Shown here: positions 19,593 through 28,707 of the stretch, in pieces
Layout of the letters: each line of letters starts with the position of its first letter
Numbering within the stretch: position 1 is the first letter of the stretch
Origin: Mariprofundaceae bacterium
GTDB taxonomy: Bacteria; Pseudomonadota; Zetaproteobacteria; Mariprofundales; Mariprofundaceae
Assembly (NCBI GenBank): GCA_035576205.1
Contig: DATLWR010000084.1
Location: 1-45,379, forward strand
Length of the DNA stretch: 45,379 bases
Direction: 5' to 3'
Notes under the pieces: model-generated
What the model saw: only the letters and a program-made list of their open reading frames with translations
What the model was told of the DNA's origin: nothing
The model's database searches: none
Made by a program: the position numbers and the translations under genes

Positions 19593-20837
19593 ATGACACG
19601 TCGCGTTGTCGTGACCGGTGTCGGGCTGGTAACTCCGCTCGGCACCGGCACGCAAACCACTTGGAACAACCTGATTGCGGGAAAATCCGGTATTCGCCGG
19701 ATTACCCGTTTCGACGCCGAAGGCACGGGTATGCCGTGCCTGATCGCCGGCGAGGTGCCCGACTTCAATGTTGACGATTACGTCAACAAGAAAGATTCGA
19801 AGAAGATGGATACCTTTATCCATTACGGCATTGCCGCATCGCTGATGGCGTTGCAGCAATCCGGTCTCGAAATCACCGAAGCCAATGCCGAGCGCGTTGG
19901 TGTCATCGTCGGTTCCGGTATCGGCGGTTTGCCGATGATCGAGAAGACGATGCGCAGCTATCTCGAGGGCGGACAACGCAAGATTTCGCCGTTCTTCATT
20001 CCGCAAACCATTATCAATATGACCTCCGGCTGGGTCTCCATGATGACCGGTGCCAAGGGGCCGAATGCGGCTACGGTAACAGCATGTGCTACCGGTACGC
20101 ATGCGATCGGCGATGCCTTCGAGATCATCGCGCGCGGCGATGCCGATGCGATGATTGCCGGCGGATCCGAATCCTGCGTCTGCGAACTGGGTATCGGTGG
20201 TTTCTCGGCCAGCCGTGCGCTTTCCACCCGTAATGACGAACCGCAACGTGCCTCGCGTCCCTGGGACAAGGATCGCGATGGTTTCGTGATGGGTGAGGGT
20301 GCCGGTGTGCTGATGCTCGAATCACTGGATTCGGCGAAGGCACGTGGTGCAGAAATTCTCGCCGAGATCGTCGGTTACGGCATGTCGGGTGATGCCTATC
20401 ATATGACCTCTCCGTCGCCGGGCGGTGAGGGTGGTGGTCGCTGCATGAAGATGGCTTTGGCATCTGCAGGGTTGAACCCGGAAGATGTCGATTACGTAAA
20501 CGCCCACGGTACATCCACGCCTGCCGGCGATCTGGCCGAAACGCAGGGTATCAAGGGTGTCTTTGGTGACCATGCCTACAAGATGATGGTTTCGTCCACC
20601 AAATCGATGACCGGTCATCTGTTGGGTGCTGCTGGCGGCATCGAGGCGGCCTTCACCGTCTTGTCTGTCCACCATGGCATCGTGCCGCCGACCATCAACC
20701 TGGAAGAGGCTGGAGAGGGCTGCGATCTCGACTACGTGCCGAACGAGGCGCGCGAGGCCAATATCCGTGCCGCCGTTTCCAATTCGTTCGGTTTTGGTGG
20801 GACCAACGCATCGGTGGCATTCCGCAAGTTCGCCTGA
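19593..20837 (+). CDS. fabF: 3-oxoacyl-ACP synthase II
   Basis: 414 aa. Active-site Cys in TACATGTHAIG, plus NAHGTSTPAGD and SFGFGGTNASV. Confidence 0.95.
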   Translation: MTRRVVVTGVGLVTPLGTGTQTTWNNLIAGKSGIRRITRFDAEGTGMPCLIAGEVPDFNVDDYVNKKDSKKMDTFIHYGIAASLMALQQSGLEITEANAERVGVIVGSGIGGLPMIEKTMRSYLEGGQRKISPFFIPQTIINMTSGWVSMMTGAKGPNAATVTACATGTHAIGDAFEIIARGDADAMIAGGSESCVCELGIGGFSASRALSTRNDEPQRASRPWDKDRDGFVMGEGAGVLMLESLDSAKARGAEILAEIVGYGMSGDAYHMTSPSPGGEGGGRCMKMALASAGLNPEDVDYVNAHGTSTPAGDLAETQGIKGVFGDHAYKMMVSSTKSMTGHLLGAAGGIEAAFTVLSVHHGIVPPTINLEEAGEGCDLDYVPNEAREANIRAAVSNSFGFGGTNASVAFRKFA

Positions 20838-20845
20838 TCGACTCC

Positions 20846-22174
20846 GTGCGGTTTCGTACCGTTCCGAATAGGGGCCGTAAGCTTTCCGCTTACGGCCTTT
20901 TTTCGTCGCATCCGGATCATTTCTCGGCTGTCCTGGAGGCACCGCAAGGTCAGGGGCGTCAGTTTCTGGTTTCCACCGACGGGGAGTGGCAGTACCTCGA
21001 TCCTCTTGCCGATATGGAGGCTGGAGAACGTTTTTTTTTCGCGTGGAAACGGCAGCTTCAGTCTCAGGTTGATGATTCGTTCGCCATCCGCTGCCTGTTC
21101 TACGCTGCTTACGAAGCCGGCGGCCTGATTGAGCGACTGCCGCCACCGAAGACGGTGCCGGAGGGGCCTCTGCTGGCCGTGTTTTATCCTGCTGCGTCAC
21201 TCTGTTTTGATGCGGATCAGGATGAAATCTATCTGGCGGCCGGATCTGATGCGCGGCTGGATGAATTACAGGGCCTGCTTGATCAGGCTGCCGCATCGGC
21301 AGCGGCAGCGGATTTAAATTGTGTGGCGGACGACTGTTGCGGTTCTGACGAGACCGCTTACAAACAGGCCGTCGAGTGCGTGAAGGCCTACATATCGGCC
21401 GGTGATGTTTTCCAGGCCAATATCGCACGATTCTGGGAGATGCCATTTGCTGACTCCAAGTTGCAATGGCTCTATGCCAATCTCCGTCGGGTGAATCCGG
21501 CGCCTTTTGGATGTTTTGCCCGCATCCCATTTTCCGGCGGTCAGCTGACAATCGTATCGGCCTCGCCCGAGCGCTTGTTTCGTATCGATCAGCAGGGACA
21601 AATCGATACGCGTCCGATTGCAGGTACTCGCCGGCGCGGTGAGGGAGACCAGGACTCGTCATTGCGTGCGGAGCTGTTGCTCTCCGAGAAGGAGCGGGCC
21701 GAACACATCATGCTGGTCGACCTGGAGCGTAACGATCTGGGGCGTGTCTGTACGCCGGGGAGCGTGCGGGTCGATGAGTGCATGGTGATCGAGCAATATG
21801 CCACCGTGCAGCACATCGTTTCGAATGTGAGCGGACAGCTGGCTGAAGGCATGGATGTCGTGGATGCTTTCCGGGCCATGTTTCCGGGCGGGACCATTAC
21901 CGGCTGTCCGAAAATTCGCTGCATGCAGATCATTCATGAACTGGAACCGAGGGCGCGTGGCCCATATACGGGAGGCATTGGTTATGTTGCCTGGAATGGT
22001 GCGGCGGATATGAATATTCTGATTCGAACCTTCTGGCATCTGAATGGCAAGCTGCACTGGGCGGCGGGAGCCGGTATCGTGGCGGATTCCGAGCCCGAAC
22101 ACGAGCTTGCCGAAACCGGCTACAAGGCGGAGGGCCTGCTCAGGGCATTTGCTGGCAGCAGGGGGGCGGGGTGA
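20846..22174 (+). CDS. pabB: Chorismate-utilising enzyme, aminodeoxychorismate synthase component I-like
   Basis: 442 aa, GTG start. Chorismate-binding C-terminal domain with GDVFQANIAR, RPIAGTRRRG, EKERAEHIMLVDLERNDLGRV, FPGGTITGCPKIRCMQIIHELE and RGPYTGGIGYV. Too short for a typical TrpE and lacks a recognisable Trp-feedback N-terminal motif. Carries PIAGT rather than the E. coli PabB PIKGT. Confidence 0.7.
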   Translation: MRFRTVPNRGRKLSAYGLFSSHPDHFSAVLEAPQGQGRQFLVSTDGEWQYLDPLADMEAGERFFFAWKRQLQSQVDDSFAIRCLFYAAYEAGGLIERLPPPKTVPEGPLLAVFYPAASLCFDADQDEIYLAAGSDARLDELQGLLDQAAASAAAADLNCVADDCCGSDETAYKQAVECVKAYISAGDVFQANIARFWEMPFADSKLQWLYANLRRVNPAPFGCFARIPFSGGQLTIVSASPERLFRIDQQGQIDTRPIAGTRRRGEGDQDSSLRAELLLSEKERAEHIMLVDLERNDLGRVCTPGSVRVDECMVIEQYATVQHIVSNVSGQLAEGMDVVDAFRAMFPGGTITGCPKIRCMQIIHELEPRARGPYTGGIGYVAWNGAADMNILIRTFWHLNGKLHWAAGAGIVADSEPEHELAETGYKAEGLLRAFAGSRGAG

Positions 22175-22809
22175 AGAAAAGCAAGCTCAAGCGGCGGGGG
22201 CCGGGAAAGCTTCTGCGAGCCCTGAACAGGTTGTTCTGCTGTGGCTGGCACCGGCTGTCACGGCAGGGATTCAGGCTGCCGGACGGGCCGGTCATTCTGG
22301 TCGGGAATCATCTGTGCGGACTCGATCCGTTGCTGATTCAGGCGTCGGTGAATCGACCGCTCTTTTTTCTGATGGCGCGCGAATATTATGCCAAGATGTG
22401 GTATGTACGCTGGATTTTCAACCGGACCGGTGCAGTTCCGGTCAATCCGGGCGGCGCCAATCGGCATGCCCTGAAACTTGCCATCGATGCAGTAAGAAGG
22501 GGTAATGCAATTTGTCTGTTTCCGGAGGGAGAGGCAAACCCCACCATTCCGCTACGCAGGATTCTGCCGGGAGCGGTGATTATCGCCCAGGAAACCGGCG
22601 CACCGATCATTCCGTTCCGTATCTCGGGAGTCTGGCCGTTTGATCATGTGCATATCTGGACACCGTTTCTGCGCCGCAGCCGAGCCCGGGTCGTCATCGG
22701 TCAGCCTATCCAGTTGCCGGAGGCGGAAGCGGGCAAGCCCTCACTCAGGGAGGGGTGCAAGGTGATCGGTGAATCGATCCGGCGCCTGTCGCACGACAGG
22801 CACGGCTGA
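22171..22809 (+). CDS. Lysophospholipid/1-acyl-sn-glycerol-3-phosphate acyltransferase family protein
   Basis: 212 aa. H(X)4D acyltransferase motif in GNHLCGLDP plus FPEGE. GTG start overlaps the pabB-like stop (GTGA). Confidence 0.7.
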   Translation: MKKSKLKRRGPGKLLRALNRLFCCGWHRLSRQGFRLPDGPVILVGNHLCGLDPLLIQASVNRPLFFLMAREYYAKMWYVRWIFNRTGAVPVNPGGANRHALKLAIDAVRRGNAICLFPEGEANPTIPLRRILPGAVIIAQETGAPIIPFRISGVWPFDHVHIWTPFLRRSRARVVIGQPIQLPEAEAGKPSLREGCKVIGESIRRLSHDRHG

Positions 22810-22820
22810 GCTTACTTTTA

Positions 22821-23915
22821 CTATTCGCGGCCCATGCGCATCGCAAAGTCTTCCGGGAACACCGACTGTGCCAGAGCCTCCTCGTAGGTCACCAGATCGT
22901 TCTCGACCAGCTGACGCAGGTGCTGATCGAAGGTCTGGCTGCCGTAGAGCGTGCTGCCTTCCTCCATGGCGCGCGGAATTTCACGCCAGCGGTCCGGGTC
23001 CAGGATGAAGTGCTTGATGACCGAATTCCGGATCATGATTTCCAGCGCCACGATGCGGCCCTTGCCGTTCTTCAGCGGTAACAGCTTCTGGACGATGATG
23101 GCACGCAGGTTTTCGGCCAGTCGTTCGCGGATGGCGTCCTGCTCATCGAGACCGAACGAGGACATGATGCGCTGCATCGTGCCGATGGCAGATGTGGAGT
23201 GCACTGTCGCCATGACCAGATGGCCGGTTTCGGAGGCCTGCAGCGCCAGCTGGATGACCTCTCTGTCGCGCGCCTCACCGGCGACGATAATGTCGGGCGT
23301 TTCGCGCAGCGCATCATTGAGGCCCTGCGCATAGCTCAGCACGTCGCGACCCAGTTCGCGCTGGCATACCGTACCTTTCTGGTTGGTGCTGTAGCGGTAC
23401 TCGATCGGGTCTTCGAGCGTCACCGCATGTATCGGGCGATTCTCGATGACGTAATTGAGCATGGCGGCCAGCGTCGTGCTCTTGCCGGAACCGGTGGCGC
23501 CGGCCATCAGTACCAAGCCGTTGCGGTAGTTGGAGATATCGCGAATGATCGGCGGCAGGTGCAGTTCGTCGAAGCCCGGAATCTTCTGCGGGATCAGGCG
23601 GCAGACGAGCCCGAAATCCGCATTGGTGCGCAGCACGTGCATACGGAAGTGGGCGACGTTTTCCAGCGAATAGTGGAAGTCGAGATTATGAATCTCTTCG
23701 ATCGGCGGCTTTTCCGGTACGAAACGCAGCGCATGCTGGATCATGTCAATCGCCTGATCGCGGGTGATCTCGGGCACCTTGCCCGGCGAAACGGTCACGA
23801 TCGAGCCGTTGATGCGCATGCGCACGCGGTCGCCGGTGCGGATGATCAGGTCGGAAGCCTTGTGCTTGTGCGCCGCCAGCAGCAGGTCGTCGATCAGGTG
23901 CCAGTCTGCTGCCAT
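22821..23915 (-). CDS. PilT-family type IV pilus retraction ATPase, divergent third paralog
   Basis: 364 aa. N-terminal ASDLIIRTGDRVRMRINGSIV, Walker A GATGSGKSTT, and Asp/His-box regions VIAGEARD and ETGHLVMATVHS. Where PilT has the AIRNLIRE helix, this protein has NSVIKHFILD. Its ATG lies 1 nt after the pilU stop. Confidence 0.85.
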   Translation of the reverse strand: MAADWHLIDDLLLAAHKHKASDLIIRTGDRVRMRINGSIVTVSPGKVPEITRDQAIDMIQHALRFVPEKPPIEEIHNLDFHYSLENVAHFRMHVLRTNADFGLVCRLIPQKIPGFDELHLPPIIRDISNYRNGLVLMAGATGSGKSTTLAAMLNYVIENRPIHAVTLEDPIEYRYSTNQKGTVCQRELGRDVLSYAQGLNDALRETPDIIVAGEARDREVIQLALQASETGHLVMATVHSTSAIGTMQRIMSSFGLDEQDAIRERLAENLRAIIVQKLLPLKNGKGRIVALEIMIRNSVIKHFILDPDRWREIPRAMEEGSTLYGSQTFDQHLRQLVENDLVTYEEALAQSVFPEDFAMRMGRE

Positions 23916-23916
23916 G

Positions 23917-25065
23917 TCAGATACTCAGATCGGGGCTGCCGCCCGCCAGGTTGTCGAGATCCGCGCGATCGTTACCGCCTTCCAGCTTGGCCATCTTGAT
24001 CTTCAGACGGACATCGTTGACCGAGTCGGCATGCCGGATGGCTTCATCTTCGGTGATCTTGCCGTTCTTCCACAACTGGATCAGGTCCTGATCGAAGGTC
24101 TGCATGCCGTAGTTCTTGCCGGCCGCCATCGCTTCCTTGATCTCGCCGATCTCCCATTTGGAGATGAGATCGGAGATACGGGGCGTATTGATGAGCACTT
24201 CGATCGACGGCATGCGCTTGTCGTCGACCGTTTTCACCAGGCGCTGCGACAGGATCGCCTTCAGGTTGAGGGATAGATTCAAGCGTACCTGCGGATGTAC
24301 CTCTTCCGGGAAGAAGTTCATCACGCGTTCCAGCGCCTGGTTGGCATTGTTGGCGTGCAGGGTCGCCATGCAGAGGTGGCCGGTTTCGGCAAACTCGATG
24401 GCGTGCTCCATGGTTTCGCGGTCACGGATCTCGCCGATCAGGATGACGTCGGGCGCCTGGCGGAGAGTATTCTTGAGCGCCGCCTTGTATTCGTGGGTGT
24501 CGGTACCGACCTCGCGCTGGGTGACCACGCATTTCTTGTGCGGATGCACGAATTCGATGGGGTCCTCGATGGTGATGATGTGGCCGGCCTGATTGCTGTT
24601 GCGCCAGTCGATCATGGCGGCCAGCGAGGTGGATTTACCGGAGCCGGTGGCACCGACCATGATCACCAGGCCGCGCTTGGTCATCGAGATGTCCTTGAAA
24701 ACCTCGGGCAGCCCCAGTTCATCGAGTGTGGGGACCTGTGTCTTGATCTGGCGGATAACCATGCCGATGTTGCCGCGCTGACGGAAAATGTTGACGCGGA
24801 AGCGGCCGAGGTCGGGATAGGCCAGCGCCAGATTCATTTCGTATTCGGCCGCAAAGGTGGCGCGCTGCTTTTCGCTCATGGCCGAATTGGCCAGCTGTTC
24901 GCACTGCACGCTGTTCAGCGGCGGCTGCTTCAGCGGCATGACCACACCGTTGATACGGTAGGCCGGCGGCATGTCGGCCGTAATATAGACGTCCGAGGCA
25001 TCCTGTTTCACCATGACCATCAGCAGTTGCTTGATGGACAGTCTTTGCGGTTCGTTCGAACTCAT
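23917..25065 (-). CDS. pilU: Type IV pilus ATPase PilU
   Basis: 382 aa. ASDVYITADMPPAYRINGVVMPL, Walker A GATGSGKSTS, ETGHLCMATLHANNA, TPRISDLISKWEIGEIKE, and an extended C-terminus as in PilU. GAGGAG RBS. Confidence 0.85.
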   Translation of the reverse strand: MSSNEPQRLSIKQLLMVMVKQDASDVYITADMPPAYRINGVVMPLKQPPLNSVQCEQLANSAMSEKQRATFAAEYEMNLALAYPDLGRFRVNIFRQRGNIGMVIRQIKTQVPTLDELGLPEVFKDISMTKRGLVIMVGATGSGKSTSLAAMIDWRNSNQAGHIITIEDPIEFVHPHKKCVVTQREVGTDTHEYKAALKNTLRQAPDVILIGEIRDRETMEHAIEFAETGHLCMATLHANNANQALERVMNFFPEEVHPQVRLNLSLNLKAILSQRLVKTVDDKRMPSIEVLINTPRISDLISKWEIGEIKEAMAAGKNYGMQTFDQDLIQLWKNGKITEDEAIRHADSVNDVRLKIKMAKLEGGNDRADLDNLAGGSPDLSI

Positions 25066-25093
25066 CGATTAACTCCTCAATCCGGTCAGGTCG

Positions 25094-26146
25094 TCAGACA
25101 GTGCCACCACCGAACAGTTTCTTGTTGTTGGCCACCTCAAGCGCCGCCTGCTGGGTGATGGCGCGCGATTTGACCAGTTGCTGCAAGTGGGTATCCAGCG
25201 TCTGCATGCCCTCACGCTGGGCGGTCTGCATGACCGATACCATTTGCGGTACCTTGTTTTCGCGGATCAGGTTCCGGATGGCCGGTGATCCGAGCATGAT
25301 CTCGTAGCCGGCAACTCGCCCGGTGCCGTCGGCCTTCTTGATCAGCGTTTGCGAAATCACGGCTCGCAGCGATTCGGACAACATCGCGCGGACCATGTCC
25401 TTTTCCGCTGCCGGAAAGACGTCGATGATACGGTCGATCGTTTTCGGTGCCGAGGAAGTATGCAACGTACCGAACACCATGTGGCCGGTTTCGGCGGCCG
25501 TCAGAGCGAGACGAATGGTTTCGAGGTCGCGCAACTCGCCGACCAGAATGACGTCCGGATCCTCACGCAGGGCGCTGCGCAGCGCGTTGGCGAAAGAGTG
25601 GGTATGCGGCCCCAGTTCGCGCTGCGACACCAGGCTGCTCTTGGAGCGGTGCACGAATTCGATCGGGTCCTCGATGGTCAGTATATGGCCTTTCTCGAGC
25701 TGGTTGCGATGGTCGATCATCGCCGCGAGGGTGGTCGATTTGCCCGAACCGGTCGGGCCAGTCACCAGGCAGATGCCGCGCGGTGTCATGGCAATTTCAC
25801 CGAAAATCTCCGGCGACTTGAGCTGCTCGAAGGTGAAGACTTCGCTCGGGATGACGCGGAATACCGCGCTCATGCCGCGGTTCTGCTGGAAGGCATTAAC
25901 ACGGAAACGGGCGATATCGCCCAGCGAGAAGGAGAAATCGAGCTCCAGATGTTCTTCGAACACCTTGCGCTGGGTGTCGCTCATGATGTCGTAGACCATG
26001 GCCTGTACTTCGCGGCCATCGAGGTTCGGCATCTTGATGCGGGTCATGTCACCGTGAATACGCACCATGGGAGGTTCGCCGGACGAAATGTGCAGGTCCG
26101 AAGCGTTGTTTTTAACGGTAAAGGCCAACAGTTCCGAAACGTCCAT
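25094..26146 (-). CDS. pilT: Twitching motility ATPase PilT
   Basis: 350 aa. ASDLHISSGEPPMVRIHGDM, Walker A GPTGSGKST, ETGHMVFGTLHTSSA, and the PilT signature AIRNLIRE. Confidence 0.92.
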   Translation of the reverse strand: MDVSELLAFTVKNNASDLHISSGEPPMVRIHGDMTRIKMPNLDGREVQAMVYDIMSDTQRKVFEEHLELDFSFSLGDIARFRVNAFQQNRGMSAVFRVIPSEVFTFEQLKSPEIFGEIAMTPRGICLVTGPTGSGKSTTLAAMIDHRNQLEKGHILTIEDPIEFVHRSKSSLVSQRELGPHTHSFANALRSALREDPDVILVGELRDLETIRLALTAAETGHMVFGTLHTSSAPKTIDRIIDVFPAAEKDMVRAMLSESLRAVISQTLIKKADGTGRVAGYEIMLGSPAIRNLIRENKVPQMVSVMQTAQREGMQTLDTHLQQLVKSRAITQQAALEVANNKKLFGGGTV

Positions 26147-26262
26147 GCATCCTCCCGAGTGACGGCGTCAATGTGCATCAGCCTAGGCGCTGATTGGACA
26201 CGTCGCAACAATGGAACAGCCGCCTGTAAGCGTCACCGCCCCCAAATCTTTATCTCAAGAAA

Positions 26263-27288
26263 CTAGGGCAAGTGGATGATTTTCCGCATGTTGTCGGTCA
26301 TCAGAAGCTTGCCGTTGCTGTCGACCAGAAGAGCGGCATACCCTTTCTTTTGCAGGATGGGCAACCCCGCGGCACCCTTGACGAACAAGGCCGTGCTCCA
26401 GCCGTCGGCAAGGGTGGCGGTCGGTGCAATCACTGTGGCGCTCTCGATGCCCGTCGCCGGCCAGCCGGTATCGGGATTGAGGATGTGGTGATAGCGCTGT
26501 CCGTGATAGATGAAGTAGCGCTCGTAGTCACCGGACGAGACGATGCTGACATCGCCTCGCAACTCAAGGGTGGCAATGACACCTCCGGGCTGGCGCGGAT
26601 GGCGTACACCGATGCGCCAGGGTTTGCCGTCGTGATCGCCAAGCAGCCGGATGTCGCCACCAGCATCGATGATGGCGTTGCGGATGCCGCGCGCCTGTAG
26701 CGCTGCGATACCCCGGTCGATGGCATAGCCCTTGGCGATGGCGCCGAAATCGAGAGCACAGCGCTGGTTTTGACGTATCCAGCCGGCAGCCACTTCCTGA
26801 AAGCAGTTCCGTGGCGGTAACAGCTGGCTGATCTCCTTGGCGGATGGCGGCGAGGTCCGTGGCTCCGGTTCGGAAAACCCCCACAACTGGTCCAGTTCAC
26901 CCAGCGAGGGGTTGAAGGCGCCGCCGCTTTCATCCTGGATAGCCATCGAGGTGCGGAGCAGCCTGGAAATTTCCTCCGGCAACGGCATCGGCCGTCCGAC
27001 TTCGGCGGCATTCAGTTTTTTGACGGGATCGGGAAGATCGCCATAGATGGTGAACAGGTTGTCGACACGCTGCATCTCGTCGCTCGCCGCCCGGATGGCT
27101 GCCATGGCCGTTTCCTTGTCGGTACCACTGATGGTGAATTCGACCAGGGTACCCATCATGAAGCGGGTTTCCTTGATTTCACCGGACGAGGTGCAGCCGG
27201 AGAGCAGTAGCAACAGCGAAAGGACAATGCGCAGCAACATGGGCTCGATTGTGCTGGCAGGCAGGCAATTGGCAAGGCGCTTGCGCAT
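26263..27288 (-). CDS. apbE: FAD:protein FMN transferase ApbE (lipoprotein)
   Basis: 341 aa ORF. ApbE motifs [20 protein letters not shown] and SGDYERYF. Lipobox LLLSGC. The internal ATG at 27240 ([16 protein letters not shown]) is a plausible true start. Confidence 0.85.
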   Translation of the reverse strand: MRKRLANCLPASTIEPMLLRIVLSLLLLLSGCTSSGEIKETRFMMGTLVEFTISGTDKETAMAAIRAASDEMQRVDNLFTIYGDLPDPVKKLNAAEVGRPMPLPEEISRLLRTSMAIQDESGGAFNPSLGELDQLWGFSEPEPRTSPPSAKEISQLLPPRNCFQEVAAGWIRQNQRCALDFGAIAKGYAIDRGIAALQARGIRNAIIDAGGDIRLLGDHDGKPWRIGVRHPRQPGGVIATLELRGDVSIVSSGDYERYFIYHGQRYHHILNPDTGWPATGIESATVIAPTATLADGWSTALFVKGAAGLPILQKKGYAALLVDSNGKLLMTDNMRKIIHLP

Positions 27289-27333
27289 TTCTGCAAATAC
27301 CCGATAATTCCGCTCGGGTATTTACCGTGTGAG

Positions 27334-27705
27334 GTGATGATTATGACCGTAACCCTGACCGAAGCTGCCGCCAACAAGGTGCTGGGCCTGTTGGCCAACG
27401 AGGACAACGCCGCGCTGAACCTGCGCGTGTTCGTTTCCGGTGGTGGCTGTTCCGGTTTCCAGTATGGATTCACTTTCGATGAGGATGTCAAAGAGACCGA
27501 CACGGTCGTCGAGAGTCATGGTGTCAGGTTGCTGGTTGACCAGATGAGCCTGAACCTGCTGCAGGGGGCCGAGATCGACTACCAGTCGACGTTGCAGGGC
27601 GAGTCTTTCGTGATCCGTAACCCGAATGCCGCCTCGTCCTGTGGCTGCGGCAAGTCATTCACCCCGTCCGGGTCCGGTGGCGGCTGCGCCAATGCCGGCT
27701 ACTGA
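27334..27705 (+). CDS. erpA: Iron-sulfur cluster insertion protein ErpA/IscA family
   Basis: ORF opens with GTG 27334. ATG 27343 ([13 protein letters not shown]), 6 nt after GAGGTG, is the likelier start. Motifs [11 protein letters not shown] and CGCGKSF. Unusual C-terminal tail [14 protein letters not shown]. Confidence 0.85.
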   Translation: MMIMTVTLTEAAANKVLGLLANEDNAALNLRVFVSGGGCSGFQYGFTFDEDVKETDTVVESHGVRLLVDQMSLNLLQGAEIDYQSTLQGESFVIRNPNAASSCGCGKSFTPSGSGGGCANAGY

Positions 27706-27723
27706 AGCCGCTAGTTCCTTCCA

Positions 27724-27749
27724 ACGGAGCCTCCGGGCTCCGTTTTTTT
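27724..27749 (+). terminator. Rho-independent terminator after erpA
   Basis: Stem CGGAGCC (27725-27731) pairs with GGCTCCG (27736-27742), loop TCCG, followed by T7 (27743-27749). Confidence 0.8.
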
Positions 27750-27777
27750 ATCCATCCGTCGCCGCTAGGTTTGCCGA

Positions 27778-28707
27778 ATGAACGCGTTGGAAGTGCATGG
27801 CCTGCGCAAGGTCTACAGTAACGGCAAGGTTGCCCTCGACGGCATCTCGCTGACCATTCCCGAGGGCAGCTTTTCGGCGCTGCTGGGGCCCAACGGTGCG
27901 GGCAAGAGTACGCTGATCAATATCCTGGCCGATATCGTGCTTCCGACCGCCGGCGATGCTGCCATGTTCGGTCACCGGCTGTTCGAGGAACCTGCCTGGT
28001 GCAAACGTCATCTGGGCGTGGTGCCGCAGGAGCTGGCTTTCGACCCTTTTTTTACGGCGCGAGAAATCCTGCGCATCACCTCCGGTATGTTCGGGGTGAG
28101 GCCCGACAAGGCGTGGATCGACGAACTGCTGGAGCGGCTGGAGCTCGCCGAACATGCCGACAAGATGACCCGCCAGCTATCCGGCGGCATGCGCCGGCGG
28201 CTGCTGGTGGCGCAGGCACTGGTACACCGACCGAAACTGGTGATCCTCGACGAGCCGACGGCCGGAGTGGATGTCGAACTGCGCCGGCGGCTGTGGGAAT
28301 TCATCCGCGAGCTGAATCGGGCCGGTACGACGATCCTGCTGACCACCCATTACCTGGAGGAGGCGGAGGAGCTTTGCGAGCACATCGCCATCATCGACCG
28401 CGGCCAGGTGCTGACGGCACGACCGATGCGTGAACTGATGGGTGAGGTGGCCGGCAGCTACCTGTGGCTGAAGTATGCCGAACCGCTGGTGATCGATGGC
28501 GCGGCGCTGGCCCGGCTGGCACCGATGAATCCGCGCATTGCCGACGACGGGCTATGCCTGACGCTTTCCCGCGATACTGAAGGTTCCTCCTTCCATGCCG
28601 CCTATACAGCGGCGGTGGCGCAGTTTGGCGCGCCGCTGGATGCCTGCGTGAAGCAGGAGGATCTCGAGGACGTTTTCCTGCGTCTGACAGGGGAGAACAG
28701 GGCATGA
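27778..28707 (+). CDS. ABC transporter ATP-binding protein (ABC-2/YadG-like)
   Basis: 309 aa. Walker A GPNGAGKST, signature LSGGMRRR, Walker B LVILDEPTAGVD. The C-terminal accessory domain and lengths match the E. coli YadG/YadH pair as I recall it. Confidence 0.9.
   Translation: MNALEVHGLRKVYSNGKVALDGISLTIPEGSFSALLGPNGAGKSTLINILADIVLPTAGDAAMFGHRLFEEPAWCKRHLGVVPQELAFDPFFTAREILRITSGMFGVRPDKAWIDELLERLELAEHADKMTRQLSGGMRRRLLVAQALVHRPKLVILDEPTAGVDVELRRRLWEFIRELNRAGTTILLTTHYLEEAEELCEHIAIIDRGQVLTARPMRELMGEVAGSYLWLKYAEPLVIDGAALARLAPMNPRIADDGLCLTLSRDTEGSSFHAAYTAAVAQFGAPLDACVKQEDLEDVFLRLTGENRA

Noticed and set aside
21031-21039. T9 homopolymer inside the PabB-like gene, as a possible slipped-strand phase-variation tract.
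   Set aside because: It simply encodes Phe-Phe-Phe (ERFFFAW) in frame within a housekeeping-type enzyme. It is a single short tract with no contingency-locus context.
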